Under the pieces are notes generated by a model that saw nothing but the letters and a program-made list of their open reading frames with translations, was not told the origin of the DNA and made no database searches. The position numbers and the translations under genes are program-made. From contig JAPLLZ010000020.1 of assembly GCA_026387265.1 (NCBI GenBank), positions 5,413-69,412 of the forward strand: DNA of 64,000 nucleotides, in the 5' to 3' direction. This stretch comes from Candidatus Omnitrophota bacterium. Its GTDB lineage: Bacteria; Omnitrophota; Gorgyraeia; Gygaellales; Profunditerraquicolaceae. How positions within the stretch are numbered: position 1 is the stretch's first letter; each line of letters opens with the position of its first letter. Below, in pieces: positions 20,044 to 29,195 of this stretch.

Positions 20044-20191
20044 ATAGTCTCCCGGTTCTCCACCCCACATAAGAATAATTGGGTGGGATCCCACCTAGGT
20101 TAATATGTGGGCGGGAAAATCCGGTTGGGGCTACCAGTTATATAACCATTTATATTTTCTTCAGTTACGCAATTTCAGAAAGGAGCGTTGA

Positions 20192-20632
20192 ATGAAGAAA
20201 GTTCTTATTGGTCTGGGAATTACCTTTTTAGTAATAATAGTTCTGTTTGCCGTCTTTGGTGGTTTTGCTTTTTTAAATGCAAATAAACTAACGCCTTCTA
20301 TTGAAAAGTTCATAACCGACTTCTACGGACAATACAGACAGAAAAATTTCTCTTATATTTATAGTTCAATGGCTGATGAAAAATTCAGAAGCACTGGTTC
20401 TTTGGCGGATTTTGAAAAACTTATGAACGGAATACACCAAAGATTAGGGTTTGTCAAAGAACGTAAAAAAGGAGCGTGGAGGATTAATTATGCTCCAGAT
20501 GGCACATACTTTAGCATTCAATATGTCGTAACTTACGAAAAAGGTGACGCCACAGACTCATTCGTATTAAAGAAACACGGCGATTCTTGGCTACTGATAA
20601 GTTATAACGTAAATTCAAGAGCACTGTTTTAG
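20192..20632 (+). CDS. Small N-terminally membrane-anchored hypothetical protein
   Basis: An AGGAG RBS precedes it. It has an N-terminal TM helix and a globular C-terminal region. It lies inside the tRNA-Glu direct-repeat islet. Confidence 0.4.
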   Translation: MKKVLIGLGITFLVIIVLFAVFGGFAFLNANKLTPSIEKFITDFYGQYRQKNFSYIYSSMADEKFRSTGSLADFEKLMNGIHQRLGFVKERKKGAWRINYAPDGTYFSIQYVVTYEKGDATDSFVLKKHGDSWLLISYNVNSRALF

Positions 20633-20800
20633 TTTGACACAGATAAATTCCTTTAAGTTGTAGGTATTCTTTATTTCTGGTAGAATTTGATTCCAATTAA
20701 ATTCTATTGGGGCTAATAATTCCGGCATCTCTATTGTAATAACCAAAAATGGTGACCGGTGGTATATAATTCCACTTAGCATAACTGCTATTCCTTAAGT

Positions 20801-22621
20801 ATGAAAATAAAAACTAAAGATTGGTTTATTTTTATTCTTTTGGCGATCCTTAGTTTTGGTTTTTGGTATAGCTTAGAATACCCTCGTTTTGCCTTCCTGA
20901 ATCTTCCATTTGATAAACAACAGGCTTTAGCAGAATCAGATAATTATTTAAGAGCCAAGGGTATAAACACCAAAGACTATACTAAAGCGGTTATTTTTGA
21001 TTCAGATGAAAGTTTTAACCGGTATTTTCAGCACGCCGCTGGTTTTAAAGCTGAGGAAAAATTTATTCTTCAGCAGGATTATGATTTATTCCGTTGGTTA
21101 GTTCGGTTTTTTAAGGAATCTCAGAAAGAAGAGTATTTAGTTTATTTAAGCCCACGCTCTGGAAAAGTTATTAAATTTATACATATAATCGAAGATATCG
21201 AGCCAAGAGTCGATTTGGGAAAAGATATTGCCAAACAAAAAGCAGAAATATTTTTGCAAAGCAATTTTGACATAGATTTGAATGGCTATGATTTTCATGA
21301 AGAGAAGACCAAACGTTTTGAAAAACGTATTGAGTATGTTTTCTCTTGGGAAAAGAAAAACATCTATGTTCCTTGGAAACAAGACCAGGGAGGGGCTAAG
21401 CTGCTGACAGAAGTTACGGTAGCTGGCGATGAAATACAGCAGTTTTGCAAAAATAAATTTGACCTGCCTGATAAATTCCTAAGATATGTCCAAGAGCAGT
21501 TTCTTCTGGGAGAGTATCTCTATAATATTTTTTACGTTATCCTCTTGGTTTTGTTGGCATGTTCAATTAGCGTAGTTTTAAAAAAGAGACAGGAGATTAT
21601 TCCGCGGCTGAGTAAACGCTGGTTTTATTATGCTGCCGGATTTCTGATGATTATTAATACTGCTGATTTTTTTAATAATTTTCAGCACATCCTGATGAAT
21701 TACCCGACGAGCGTACCTTTGAGCTCTTTTTTTGGTTTGTCTATTACGAAGTGGTTATTTAATACAGGTTTTTTGGTAATCGGCTTTATTTTGCCTGGTA
21801 TCGCCGGGGAATCTCTCTGTAGCGAGGAATTCCCGGGAAATAAATTTACTTCATTTTTCTCCTATATTCGATCCGGTTTTTTTAACCGCGGGCTTACCGG
21901 GGCGATTCTATTGGGTTACCTGGTTTGGATAATTATGCTGGGGCTGCAGTCAGTTATATTTTATAACGGGCAAAAATTCTTGGGTATTTGGCGGGAATGG
22001 CATACCATGGTTTATTTTTCCTCTTCTTATATTCCTTTACTTAGTGCGTTTGCTATCGCCGCTAGTGCCAGTTTTGGCGAAGAAATTATCTTTAGGCTTT
22101 TTGGGTTAAGTTTAGCTAAGAAATATTTACGTAGTTTGATTTTGGCGGTTTTAGTAACTTCAATAATCTGGGGTATGGGGCATACCATGTATGCTATTTT
22201 CCCGGTGTGGTTCCGTATAATTGAAATTGCGCTAATCGGGATTTTCTATGGATTTATATTTATTCATTTTGGGATTGTTCCTTTAATCGTGGCGCATTAT
22301 TTATTTGATGTGTTTTGGTGCAGTGCCGCATACTTATTAGGGCAGGGCAGCGGGTATCTTTTTTTTACTTCGATAGGCTTGTTAAGTATTCCATTGGTTT
22401 TTGCATCCACTGCTTATTTCTTAAACCGGCCGCAGCAAGATCAGCCAGTTCGGGAAATACTTGATAAAATTCAAGAATATAACCTGGGTGTTTTAATCGC
22501 ATTTGTGTCTGCCAGAAAATCCCAAGGATGTTCTGCAGAATCGATAAAAGTTGAATTGCTTGCCAATAATTGGGATTATTTATTGGTAAAACTGGCAATG
22601 GATAAAGCGTTCCATGAATAG
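20801..22621 (+). CDS. CPBP-family (CAAX protease/Abi-type) intramembrane metalloprotease with a ~330-aa N-terminal extracytoplasmic domain
   Basis: The C-terminal half carries FGEEIIFRLFGL (EExxxR), GMGHTMYA (FxxxH-like) and HYLFDVFW (HxxxD/N), arranged on multiple TM helices. Confidence 0.6.
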   Translation: MKIKTKDWFIFILLAILSFGFWYSLEYPRFAFLNLPFDKQQALAESDNYLRAKGINTKDYTKAVIFDSDESFNRYFQHAAGFKAEEKFILQQDYDLFRWLVRFFKESQKEEYLVYLSPRSGKVIKFIHIIEDIEPRVDLGKDIAKQKAEIFLQSNFDIDLNGYDFHEEKTKRFEKRIEYVFSWEKKNIYVPWKQDQGGAKLLTEVTVAGDEIQQFCKNKFDLPDKFLRYVQEQFLLGEYLYNIFYVILLVLLACSISVVLKKRQEIIPRLSKRWFYYAAGFLMIINTADFFNNFQHILMNYPTSVPLSSFFGLSITKWLFNTGFLVIGFILPGIAGESLCSEEFPGNKFTSFFSYIRSGFFNRGLTGAILLGYLVWIIMLGLQSVIFYNGQKFLGIWREWHTMVYFSSSYIPLLSAFAIAASASFGEEIIFRLFGLSLAKKYLRSLILAVLVTSIIWGMGHTMYAIFPVWFRIIEIALIGIFYGFIFIHFGIVPLIVAHYLFDVFWCSAAYLLGQGSGYLFFTSIGLLSIPLVFASTAYFLNRPQQDQPVREILDKIQEYNLGVLIAFVSARKSQGCSAESIKVELLANNWDYLLVKLAMDKAFHE

Positions 22622-22742
22622 AAGCACCAATGGTTAACAAAGAGGCTCTGTAGCCTAAAACTAAAATTTTCCTTGCATTTTTAAAGGCTTTATAATATTA
22701 TTAAAAAATAAGCCTGCTTATCGGCAGGCAGTGAGGAGGATA

Positions 22743-22985
22743 ATGCAGAAGTATTTATTTTTCTTAAAATGTTCCAGTGTAGTGATTAAGGTCGCTGCCT
22801 GGATTTTTTTATTTTTCGGAGCTATGGGTTCGGTTCCCTTATTTTTAGGGAAATTTCCTGATAGTCCGCGCTGGATGGGATTGGTAATTCTGGCAGTTTA
22901 TCTGTTTATTTTTTTCGTTTTTTTTCTTATAGCTAAAATGGCGGATATTTTGGTTGAGATTATCGATACAACAGGGAAAGATTAA
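22743..22985 (+). CDS. Small membrane protein with two TM helices, hypothetical
   Basis: The ATG at 22743 is preferred over the track start at 22731 because a GAGGAGG RBS sits 5 nt upstream. Confidence 0.35.
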   Translation: MQKYLFFLKCSSVVIKVAAWIFLFFGAMGSVPLFLGKFPDSPRWMGLVILAVYLFIFFVFFLIAKMADILVEIIDTTGKD

Positions 22986-23011
22986 TTTTTAATGTAACCA
23001 AGGAGGCGGTA

Positions 23012-23929
23012 GTGAAGAAAAAAATAATTATATTTACGATAGTAAGTTTGATTTTTGGAGGTTTTTTGGGATGTGATAAATTTAATCCCGCGGCAAAGAA
23101 AAAGGTAGAAGTAAAAGCGGTTATTGCCCAGCCAGCCACAATAGAAGCTAAGGGGCCGGTAGTGGGTAAGGTGAATAATATTTCCATTGGGCTGGATGAT
23201 TTAAATGAAGAAATTAAGGTTTATAATGCTAACGTTCCTGCTGATCGTCCGGAATTGAAAATTGTTACTAGAGAACAAAAGGTAAACTACCTTAAGAATG
23301 AAATGGTCCGTCGGACCCTAATTTATCAACATGCTTTAGATCAGGGGTTAGATCGTAATGAAGAGGTAAGGCAGGCAGTTGAGAAGAATAAGCGGGATCT
23401 TATGGTTTTGCAAGATATTAAGGATATCACCAAGAATATTACTGCAACTTCTAAGGAAGTAGAGGATTATTATAATACCTATAAAGAGCAGCTTAAGGAG
23501 CCGGAGGAAAGAGAAATTTCAGAGATTGTGGTGGGTAGCGAACAAGATGCCCGGGATATTTTAATTCAGCTTCTGCAAGGAGCGGATTTTGCTACTTTAG
23601 CTAGAAGTAATTCGAAAGCTCCCAGTGCTAAAGATGGCGGAAGCCTGGGGTTCATTAAAAAAGGCATAAAATCTGCGCAATTTGATGCGGCGGCTTTCTC
23701 CGATTCTTTAGATGCTGGTAAGATTAGTAGTATATTTAAAACTACCGATGGTTATAATATTGTTAAGTTAGAATCCAAACGCGGAGGTAAACAAAAACCT
23801 TTATCCGAGATGTGGGATGATATTAATCGCGGACTGGTTTTTTTAAAGCAGCAACAGGCGCTTGAAGAATTGATTGGTAAGCTTTCCCGTGATGCTAAGA
23901 TTGAAATATCCGATGGGGAGATAAAATAA
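23012..23929 (+). CDS. Lipoprotein peptidyl-prolyl cis-trans isomerase, parvulin type (PrsA/SurA-like)
   Basis: A signal peptide with lipobox FLGC is present. The parvulin core is GSLGFIKKGIKSAQFDAAAFS ... GYNIVKLE. Confidence 0.7.
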   Translation: MKKKIIIFTIVSLIFGGFLGCDKFNPAAKKKVEVKAVIAQPATIEAKGPVVGKVNNISIGLDDLNEEIKVYNANVPADRPELKIVTREQKVNYLKNEMVRRTLIYQHALDQGLDRNEEVRQAVEKNKRDLMVLQDIKDITKNITATSKEVEDYYNTYKEQLKEPEEREISEIVVGSEQDARDILIQLLQGADFATLARSNSKAPSAKDGGSLGFIKKGIKSAQFDAAAFSDSLDAGKISSIFKTTDGYNIVKLESKRGGKQKPLSEMWDDINRGLVFLKQQQALEELIGKLSRDAKIEISDGEIK

Positions 23930-24834
23930 TGGCTATCGAAAAACAGAAACTTATTTTAATAACCGGAGTTGTTTTAGGGATAATGGCAATTGCAATGACT
24001 AAAGTATACCTGGATCAACAGCAGCAGGTTGTTCAGGAGAAGGCTAAGGCTGCGATTGCTAATATACAGTCTAATCAAACAGCTGTTTTAGTGGCCAAAA
24101 AGGATATTCAGCAGGGAGCAGTGGTTGAGGGGGAGATGTTTGAATCGTCAATTGTCCCCAATAAGTTTGTTCAGCCGCAGGCAGTTACTTCTTTGGATAG
24201 AATTTCTGGAATGGTTACTGTTGCACCTATTTCTAAAGGTGAACAGATAAGTCTTTCCAAACTTACCAGTGTCAAACAAGCCGGAGGCGGAAATTTGGCC
24301 GGTTTAACTCCTGTAGGTAAAAGAGCGATTTCCATTGCAGTTGATAATATGGCTACTCTAGCCGGGATGGTTAATCCCGGAGATTACGTTGATGTATTGG
24401 CTATAGTCCAAATCTCTGTGCCAGACCGGGAGGGTAGAGTAATTAGCCAGATAGCAGTAGTGCCGTTATTCCAGAATATTTTAGTTTTGGCTGTAGGGCA
24501 AAATACCGGTACATCTGGTCCAACAAGTAGATATGCAGAAAACGCGCCCGCTTCTTCTGGTGGCAGCAACGGAAGTACTTTAATTACTTTGGCTTTGGGG
24601 CCTCAGGAAGCAAATTTGGTAGCGTTTGTCCAGGAGCAGGGTAAATTACGTTTAGCCATGCGTTCTCCGGCTGATGCTAAGATTGAGCCGATAACACCAG
24701 CTAGCTGGGAGAGTTTTTTCCAATATATTATGCCGCCGCAACCGGAACAAGTTCAGCCGGTGGTAGTGGATACTAATGAATATATTGAAGTTGTGCGTGG
24801 ATTATCTAAGGAAAGAGTGGCTTTATCAAAATAA
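23929..24834 (+). CDS. cpaB: Flp pilus assembly protein CpaB/RcpC
   Basis: It has an N-terminal TM anchor and a SAF-like domain. It sits immediately upstream of the secretin and ATPase genes, as in tad loci. Confidence 0.65.
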   Translation: MAIEKQKLILITGVVLGIMAIAMTKVYLDQQQQVVQEKAKAAIANIQSNQTAVLVAKKDIQQGAVVEGEMFESSIVPNKFVQPQAVTSLDRISGMVTVAPISKGEQISLSKLTSVKQAGGGNLAGLTPVGKRAISIAVDNMATLAGMVNPGDYVDVLAIVQISVPDREGRVISQIAVVPLFQNILVLAVGQNTGTSGPTSRYAENAPASSGGSNGSTLITLALGPQEANLVAFVQEQGKLRLAMRSPADAKIEPITPASWESFFQYIMPPQPEQVQPVVVDTNEYIEVVRGLSKERVALSK

Positions 24835-24937
24835 AGCTTAATGGAATATTAACATCCGTTATTTTTGTTTTTACTTTAAGCCTATAGAACAAAATCCCGC
24901 CTAATTTTAGGGATAGGTGCGGGATAAAAGGAGAAAA

Positions 24938-26539
24938 ATGAGAAAGTTATTTGGCCTATTATGTATAGTTATTTTTATAACTGCCTCGCCTTTTAAAGGT
25001 TATTCTGCTAGCGTTGTTGATGATGAAATAAAATTTTATATAGGACAAGCGCAGACCATTGCGGTCAGCTCGCCTAAGCGGGTGGCGATTGGTAATCCTG
25101 CGATTGCTGATGTTGCTGATGTCAGTAAAAGTCAACTGACCATTAATCCCAAGGCAGCTGGTAGTACTACGTTGGTTATTTGGGATAATTTCGGAGAGCA
25201 GTCTTATCGTTTAAAAGTGTTTATTGAAGATACCAGTGAGATTAAACGGCGGATTGATAGTATCCTTTCGTCATTAAATGTTCCGGATGTATATACTAAG
25301 GCTGAAGATGAAGAAGATAGGGTAGTGCTTTTAGGTAATGTAAAGTTTGCTAAAGATAAGGAAAGGATTTCTCTTGCTTTGGCTCCGTTAAAAAACAAGA
25401 TCGTGGATTTAATTGCAGTGAAAGAAGAAGAGGCAGTTATTGAAATTGATGTTCAGGTAATTGAGCTAAATAGAGGATCTCAGGATCAGTTAGGATTTAG
25501 CTGGCCGGGATCTATTAATTTAACGGAAGTAGGATCTCCTGGTATGGCTGCTGCAGGGACAACCTGGGGCAAGCTGTTTAAAGTAGCAGCTGAAACCCGG
25601 GCAGCTTTTACTTTAAAATTGGATGCCTTGATTCAAGAAGGAAAGGCGCGTATTCTTTCCCGTCCGCGGCTTTCGTGCCAGAGTGGTAAAGAAGCTAAAT
25701 TAGTTGTGGGAGGAGAAGTGCCGGTATTAAGCGGTACAGTTACACCTAGTACTACTTCTTCTACGGGAGTTGGAGCTACTACCAGTGGTTCAGTAGAATA
25801 TAAAGAGTACGGCGTAATTATGAATATTAAACCCAGGCTGGAAGAGTCCGGCCGCATACATCTTAACCTAGAGGTAGATGTCAGCGAGGTAGGGGATACG
25901 GTGAGTACCACTTATGCTTTAGCTTATACGATGACCAAGCGTACTGCGACTACCGAACTTTTTCTTGATGACGGACAGACTATGGCTTTAGGTGGTTTAA
26001 TTAAGAAAAAATCCTCTGAAGATTTAAGAAGGATGCCTTGGCTTTCCGATATTCCGGTTTTAGGCCTGTTTTTTAGGCAAAAAACTACCAAAGAAGGTTG
26101 GAAATCCGATACCGATAAAATTAATGATACAGAATTATTTATTATGCTGACTCCGCGTTTAGTCAGCCAGAAAGAGAAACCACAGGTTGAATTAAAAACA
26201 CCGCGCGCCAACATTGATGTCCCGTCAATTAATGATGACAAGATTAAGGATCCAGTTTTGAAATACTCAAAACTGGTGCAGAAAAGAATTTTAGAAAATC
26301 TTGTTTATCCTGCTGAGGCAAAAAAAGCTGGATTCCAGGGTACGGTGAAATTAACCCTTAAGCTTTCGCCTCAAGGCGATTTGTTGGAGGCAAAAGTAAA
26401 AGAAGCATCCAGTTACCGGGCGCTAGATGATGCTGCGGTTAAAATCGCTCAAGAAACCTCACCTTATCCGCCGTTCCCTCTTGAAATTAAGGATAAAGAA
26501 ATCTGGGTGGATATTCCTATAGTTTATCAATTAGAATAA
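24938..26539 (+). CDS. cpaC: Tad pilus secretin CpaC/RcpA with a C-terminal TonB_C-like domain
   Basis: The secretin C-domain is LDDGQTMALGGLI...RMPWLSDIPVLGLFFR. The last ~85 aa, ENLVYPAEAKKAGFQGTVKLTLKLSPQGDLLEAKV...LDDAAVKIAQETSPYPPFP, match a TonB C-terminal fold. The ATG at 24938 is preferred because an AAAGGAG RBS precedes it. Confidence 0.75.
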   Translation: MRKLFGLLCIVIFITASPFKGYSASVVDDEIKFYIGQAQTIAVSSPKRVAIGNPAIADVADVSKSQLTINPKAAGSTTLVIWDNFGEQSYRLKVFIEDTSEIKRRIDSILSSLNVPDVYTKAEDEEDRVVLLGNVKFAKDKERISLALAPLKNKIVDLIAVKEEEAVIEIDVQVIELNRGSQDQLGFSWPGSINLTEVGSPGMAAAGTTWGKLFKVAAETRAAFTLKLDALIQEGKARILSRPRLSCQSGKEAKLVVGGEVPVLSGTVTPSTTSSTGVGATTSGSVEYKEYGVIMNIKPRLEESGRIHLNLEVDVSEVGDTVSTTYALAYTMTKRTATTELFLDDGQTMALGGLIKKKSSEDLRRMPWLSDIPVLGLFFRQKTTKEGWKSDTDKINDTELFIMLTPRLVSQKEKPQVELKTPRANIDVPSINDDKIKDPVLKYSKLVQKRILENLVYPAEAKKAGFQGTVKLTLKLSPQGDLLEAKVKEASSYRALDDAAVKIAQETSPYPPFPLEIKDKEIWVDIPIVYQLE

Positions 26540-26540
26540 A

Positions 26541-28700
26541 ATGGCAAGAATAATCGTAATATTCAGCACTAAGGGCGGTGTAGGTAAGACGCTGATTGCT
26601 GCAAATTTAGCCGCCTCTTTAGCTAAAGAGGGCAAACGTGTTTGCGCGGTAGATTTAGATACTCAGGTCGTAGGCGATATGGCGCATGTGCTTGGTGTGA
26701 ATCCGCAAAATTGCATGGCCGACCTGATGAGTTTTCTTAAGAAACAACCGCAGACAACTAAGAAGCAGGATTTTGTAGTTAGGTCTAAATTTAATGACCT
26801 GGATTTTCTTGCCGGGGTCCTTAAACCGCAACAATCCGGATATTTATATCCGGAAAAGATACCCGATGTTTTTTCATTCCTGGATAAAGATTATGATTAT
26901 ATTGTTGTGGATGCCGGGAAAAGTTTTAGTGATGTATTCCTTTCGGCGTTAAACCAAGCAAACCTCATCCTTCTCATTGTCACTCCGGATGCCCTTTCTA
27001 TATACCAGACTAAATGGGCATTGGATACTCTGCAGTTTTTGCATTTTCCTCTAAGCATGGTTAAGCTTTTACTTAATAGGTCTGAATCCTTGTCTAGTAT
27101 AAGCTGGCAGGAGATTCGCGTGCATCTGCCCGTCGATATAATTGCAAGGATTCCGTCGGAAGGCAGATTGGTTAACCAGGCGGTTAATCAAGGAATGCCT
27201 GTAGTTATTGATTCGCCTCGTTCTAAAATTGCCTCAGCTTTTGCCGAGCTTACCAGCACCCTAATTTCTAACAAAGCAATATTTGTAGAGCGTAGGAATC
27301 TTGACCAGATTAAGATGAAAGAAGCAGTAATGGAAAAATCTGGACAATTCTGGGAAACTCAAGGGTTAAAGGAATCAGTTCTTGACCCGGATGCCAGTGA
27401 AGACAGAGATGAAATTTTAATCCTTAAACGCAGGATTCATAGCCGTCTCTTGGAAAGTATGAATATCAAGAAGCTGGATCTTAAGGTATTCAGCGACCAT
27501 AAAAAAGGCGAAGAATTAAAGGGTAAAGCCGAAGCAGTGGTAAGTAATCTTTTAGTGGAAGAGGCAGGTAGTTTTATTCCTTCTCAAGATGTAAGAAAAA
27601 AACTGATTAAGGAAATTTTGGATGAAGCTTTAGGGCTGGGCCCCTTAGAAGATCTTTTGGCTGATTCGGATATTACGGATATTATGGTGAATAATAAGGA
27701 TGAGGTCTATGTCGAGCGTTTTGGCAAAATTGAATTGACCAGCAAGAAATTTATCTCTAATGATCAGGTAAGAACAATTATCGAGCGTATTATTGCTCCG
27801 ATCGGCAGGCGTATTGATGAATCTGTGCCGATGGTTGATGCCCGCCTTACTGATGGGTCGCGAGTTAATGCGATTATTTCTCCGCTGTCTTTAACCGGCC
27901 CGACATTAACGATTAGAAAATTCCGCAAAGAAAGATTTAAGACTAGCGATCTGCTTAATTTTGGGGCGCTTACTCTGCCAATGGCAGACTTTATTAAAGC
28001 CTGTGTATTATGCCGGAAGAATTTAATTGTTTCCGGCGGTACGGGTTCAGGAAAGACGACAGTGTTAAATGCGCTTTCTGAATATATCCCAGAGGGAGAA
28101 CGGATTATAACCTTGGAAGATGCCGCAGAGTTAAAATTAAATCAGCGGCATTGGATAAGGTTGGAATCCCGACCGCCGAACATTGAGGGTAAAGGTGCTT
28201 TAACTATTAGGGATCTTTTCCGCAATACTCTGCGTATGCGCCCGGATAGAATTATTGTAGGTGAATGCCGGGGGACCGAATCTTTAGACATGCTTCAGGC
28301 GATGAATACCGGACATGATGGTTCAATGACTACGATTCATGCTAATTCTACTGCGGATGTCTTGAGCCGTTTGGATTCGATGATTCTTATGTCCGGGATT
28401 GAACTGCCTGCCCGGGCAATCCGCGAAATGGTTTCTTCGGCAGTAGATGTGATTGTGCATACTGCCAGGCTTTCGGATGGCTCAAGAAAAGTTTTGGGTA
28501 TTGCGGAAGTCGCAGGAATGAAAGATGAAATGCATATAAATTTAAATGACATATTTATTTTTAAGCAGGTTGGGGTAGATGCTCAAGGTAAAGTCCTGGG
28601 TTATTTTACCGCTACGGGTTATAAGCCTTCGTTTTTGGATGAGATTCGTGTACGGGGAGTGGCTATTTCGGATAAGATCTTTGAGCCTACCAAGCCGTAA
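26541..28700 (+). CDS. Fused CpaE/TadZ-like ParA/MinD ATPase (N-terminus) and CpaF/TadA secretion ATPase (C-terminus)
   Basis: The N-terminus [21 protein letters not shown] is a deviant Walker A of the ParA/MinD type. The C-terminal T2SSE domain has Walker [12 protein letters not shown], an Asp box and a His box (TIHANS). Both halves lie in a single ORF. Confidence 0.8.
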   Translation: MARIIVIFSTKGGVGKTLIAANLAASLAKEGKRVCAVDLDTQVVGDMAHVLGVNPQNCMADLMSFLKKQPQTTKKQDFVVRSKFNDLDFLAGVLKPQQSGYLYPEKIPDVFSFLDKDYDYIVVDAGKSFSDVFLSALNQANLILLIVTPDALSIYQTKWALDTLQFLHFPLSMVKLLLNRSESLSSISWQEIRVHLPVDIIARIPSEGRLVNQAVNQGMPVVIDSPRSKIASAFAELTSTLISNKAIFVERRNLDQIKMKEAVMEKSGQFWETQGLKESVLDPDASEDRDEILILKRRIHSRLLESMNIKKLDLKVFSDHKKGEELKGKAEAVVSNLLVEEAGSFIPSQDVRKKLIKEILDEALGLGPLEDLLADSDITDIMVNNKDEVYVERFGKIELTSKKFISNDQVRTIIERIIAPIGRRIDESVPMVDARLTDGSRVNAIISPLSLTGPTLTIRKFRKERFKTSDLLNFGALTLPMADFIKACVLCRKNLIVSGGTGSGKTTVLNALSEYIPEGERIITLEDAAELKLNQRHWIRLESRPPNIEGKGALTIRDLFRNTLRMRPDRIIVGECRGTESLDMLQAMNTGHDGSMTTIHANSTADVLSRLDSMILMSGIELPARAIREMVSSAVDVIVHTARLSDGSRKVLGIAEVAGMKDEMHINLNDIFIFKQVGVDAQGKVLGYFTATGYKPSFLDEIRVRGVAISDKIFEPTKP

Positions 28701-28709
28701 GCAATATTC

Positions 28710-29054
28710 ATGCGCCTGATCAATCAAACTAAAAATGTTGTTTTGGCGGAAAACGTTTTGTTCGCCAACACCCCTTTTAAAAGAATTAAAGGTTTATTAG
28801 GGCAAAAATCCTTTTTGCCTAACCAGGCAGTAATTCTATATCCTTGTAATTCTGTGCATACTTTTTTCATGTGTTTTGCCATAGATATACTTTTTGTGAA
28901 CAAGGATTATAAGGTAATTAAGATTCTTCCCAAGCTTGCTCCCAATAGAATTACCGGTATATGCTGGCGTTCTAGCAGAGTTATTGAGTTACCTGGTGGA
29001 ATGCTGGATCTTACCAATACTCAATCTAAAGATCAGCTTCAACTTTTAGATTGA
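28710..29054 (+). CDS. DUF192 (COG1430)-family small protein
   Basis: It is ~114 aa, with KRIKGLLGQ ... ELPGGM typical of DUF192. It directly follows the ATPase gene. Confidence 0.5.
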   Translation: MRLINQTKNVVLAENVLFANTPFKRIKGLLGQKSFLPNQAVILYPCNSVHTFFMCFAIDILFVNKDYKVIKILPKLAPNRITGICWRSSRVIELPGGMLDLTNTQSKDQLQLLD

Positions 29055-29137
29055 CCCCCTAAAGAAATATAAAAGATATTTAGTAGATCATTATCGCCCG
29101 TGGTCTTTTTATTAGCTTTATTTTCGTCCAATCTGAC

Positions 29138-29166
29138 TTGACAGATAAGAGAAATAGGGGTATAGT
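29138..29166 (+). promoter_or_regulatory. Sigma70-like promoter TTGACA-17-TATAGT upstream of 29196
   Basis: The -35 is TTGACA at 29138-29143. The spacer is exactly 17 nt. The -10 is TATAGT at 29161-29166. A GGAGG RBS at 29186-29190 precedes the ATG at 29196. Confidence 0.55.
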
Positions 29167-29195
29167 TTATTAGGAATGTCCAATCTGGAGGATGT

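Noticed and set aside
20044-20190. A second tRNA downstream of tRNA-Glu
   Set aside because: No cloverleaf with a T-loop (GTTC-like) can be formed. Only the acceptor 3'-strand-like 10-mer is present, so it is treated as a fragment.
22695-22725. GCCTGC-ttatcg-GCAGGC hairpin as a terminator
   Set aside because: No T-tract follows it. It sits immediately before the RBS of the next gene, so it is more likely a leader structure.
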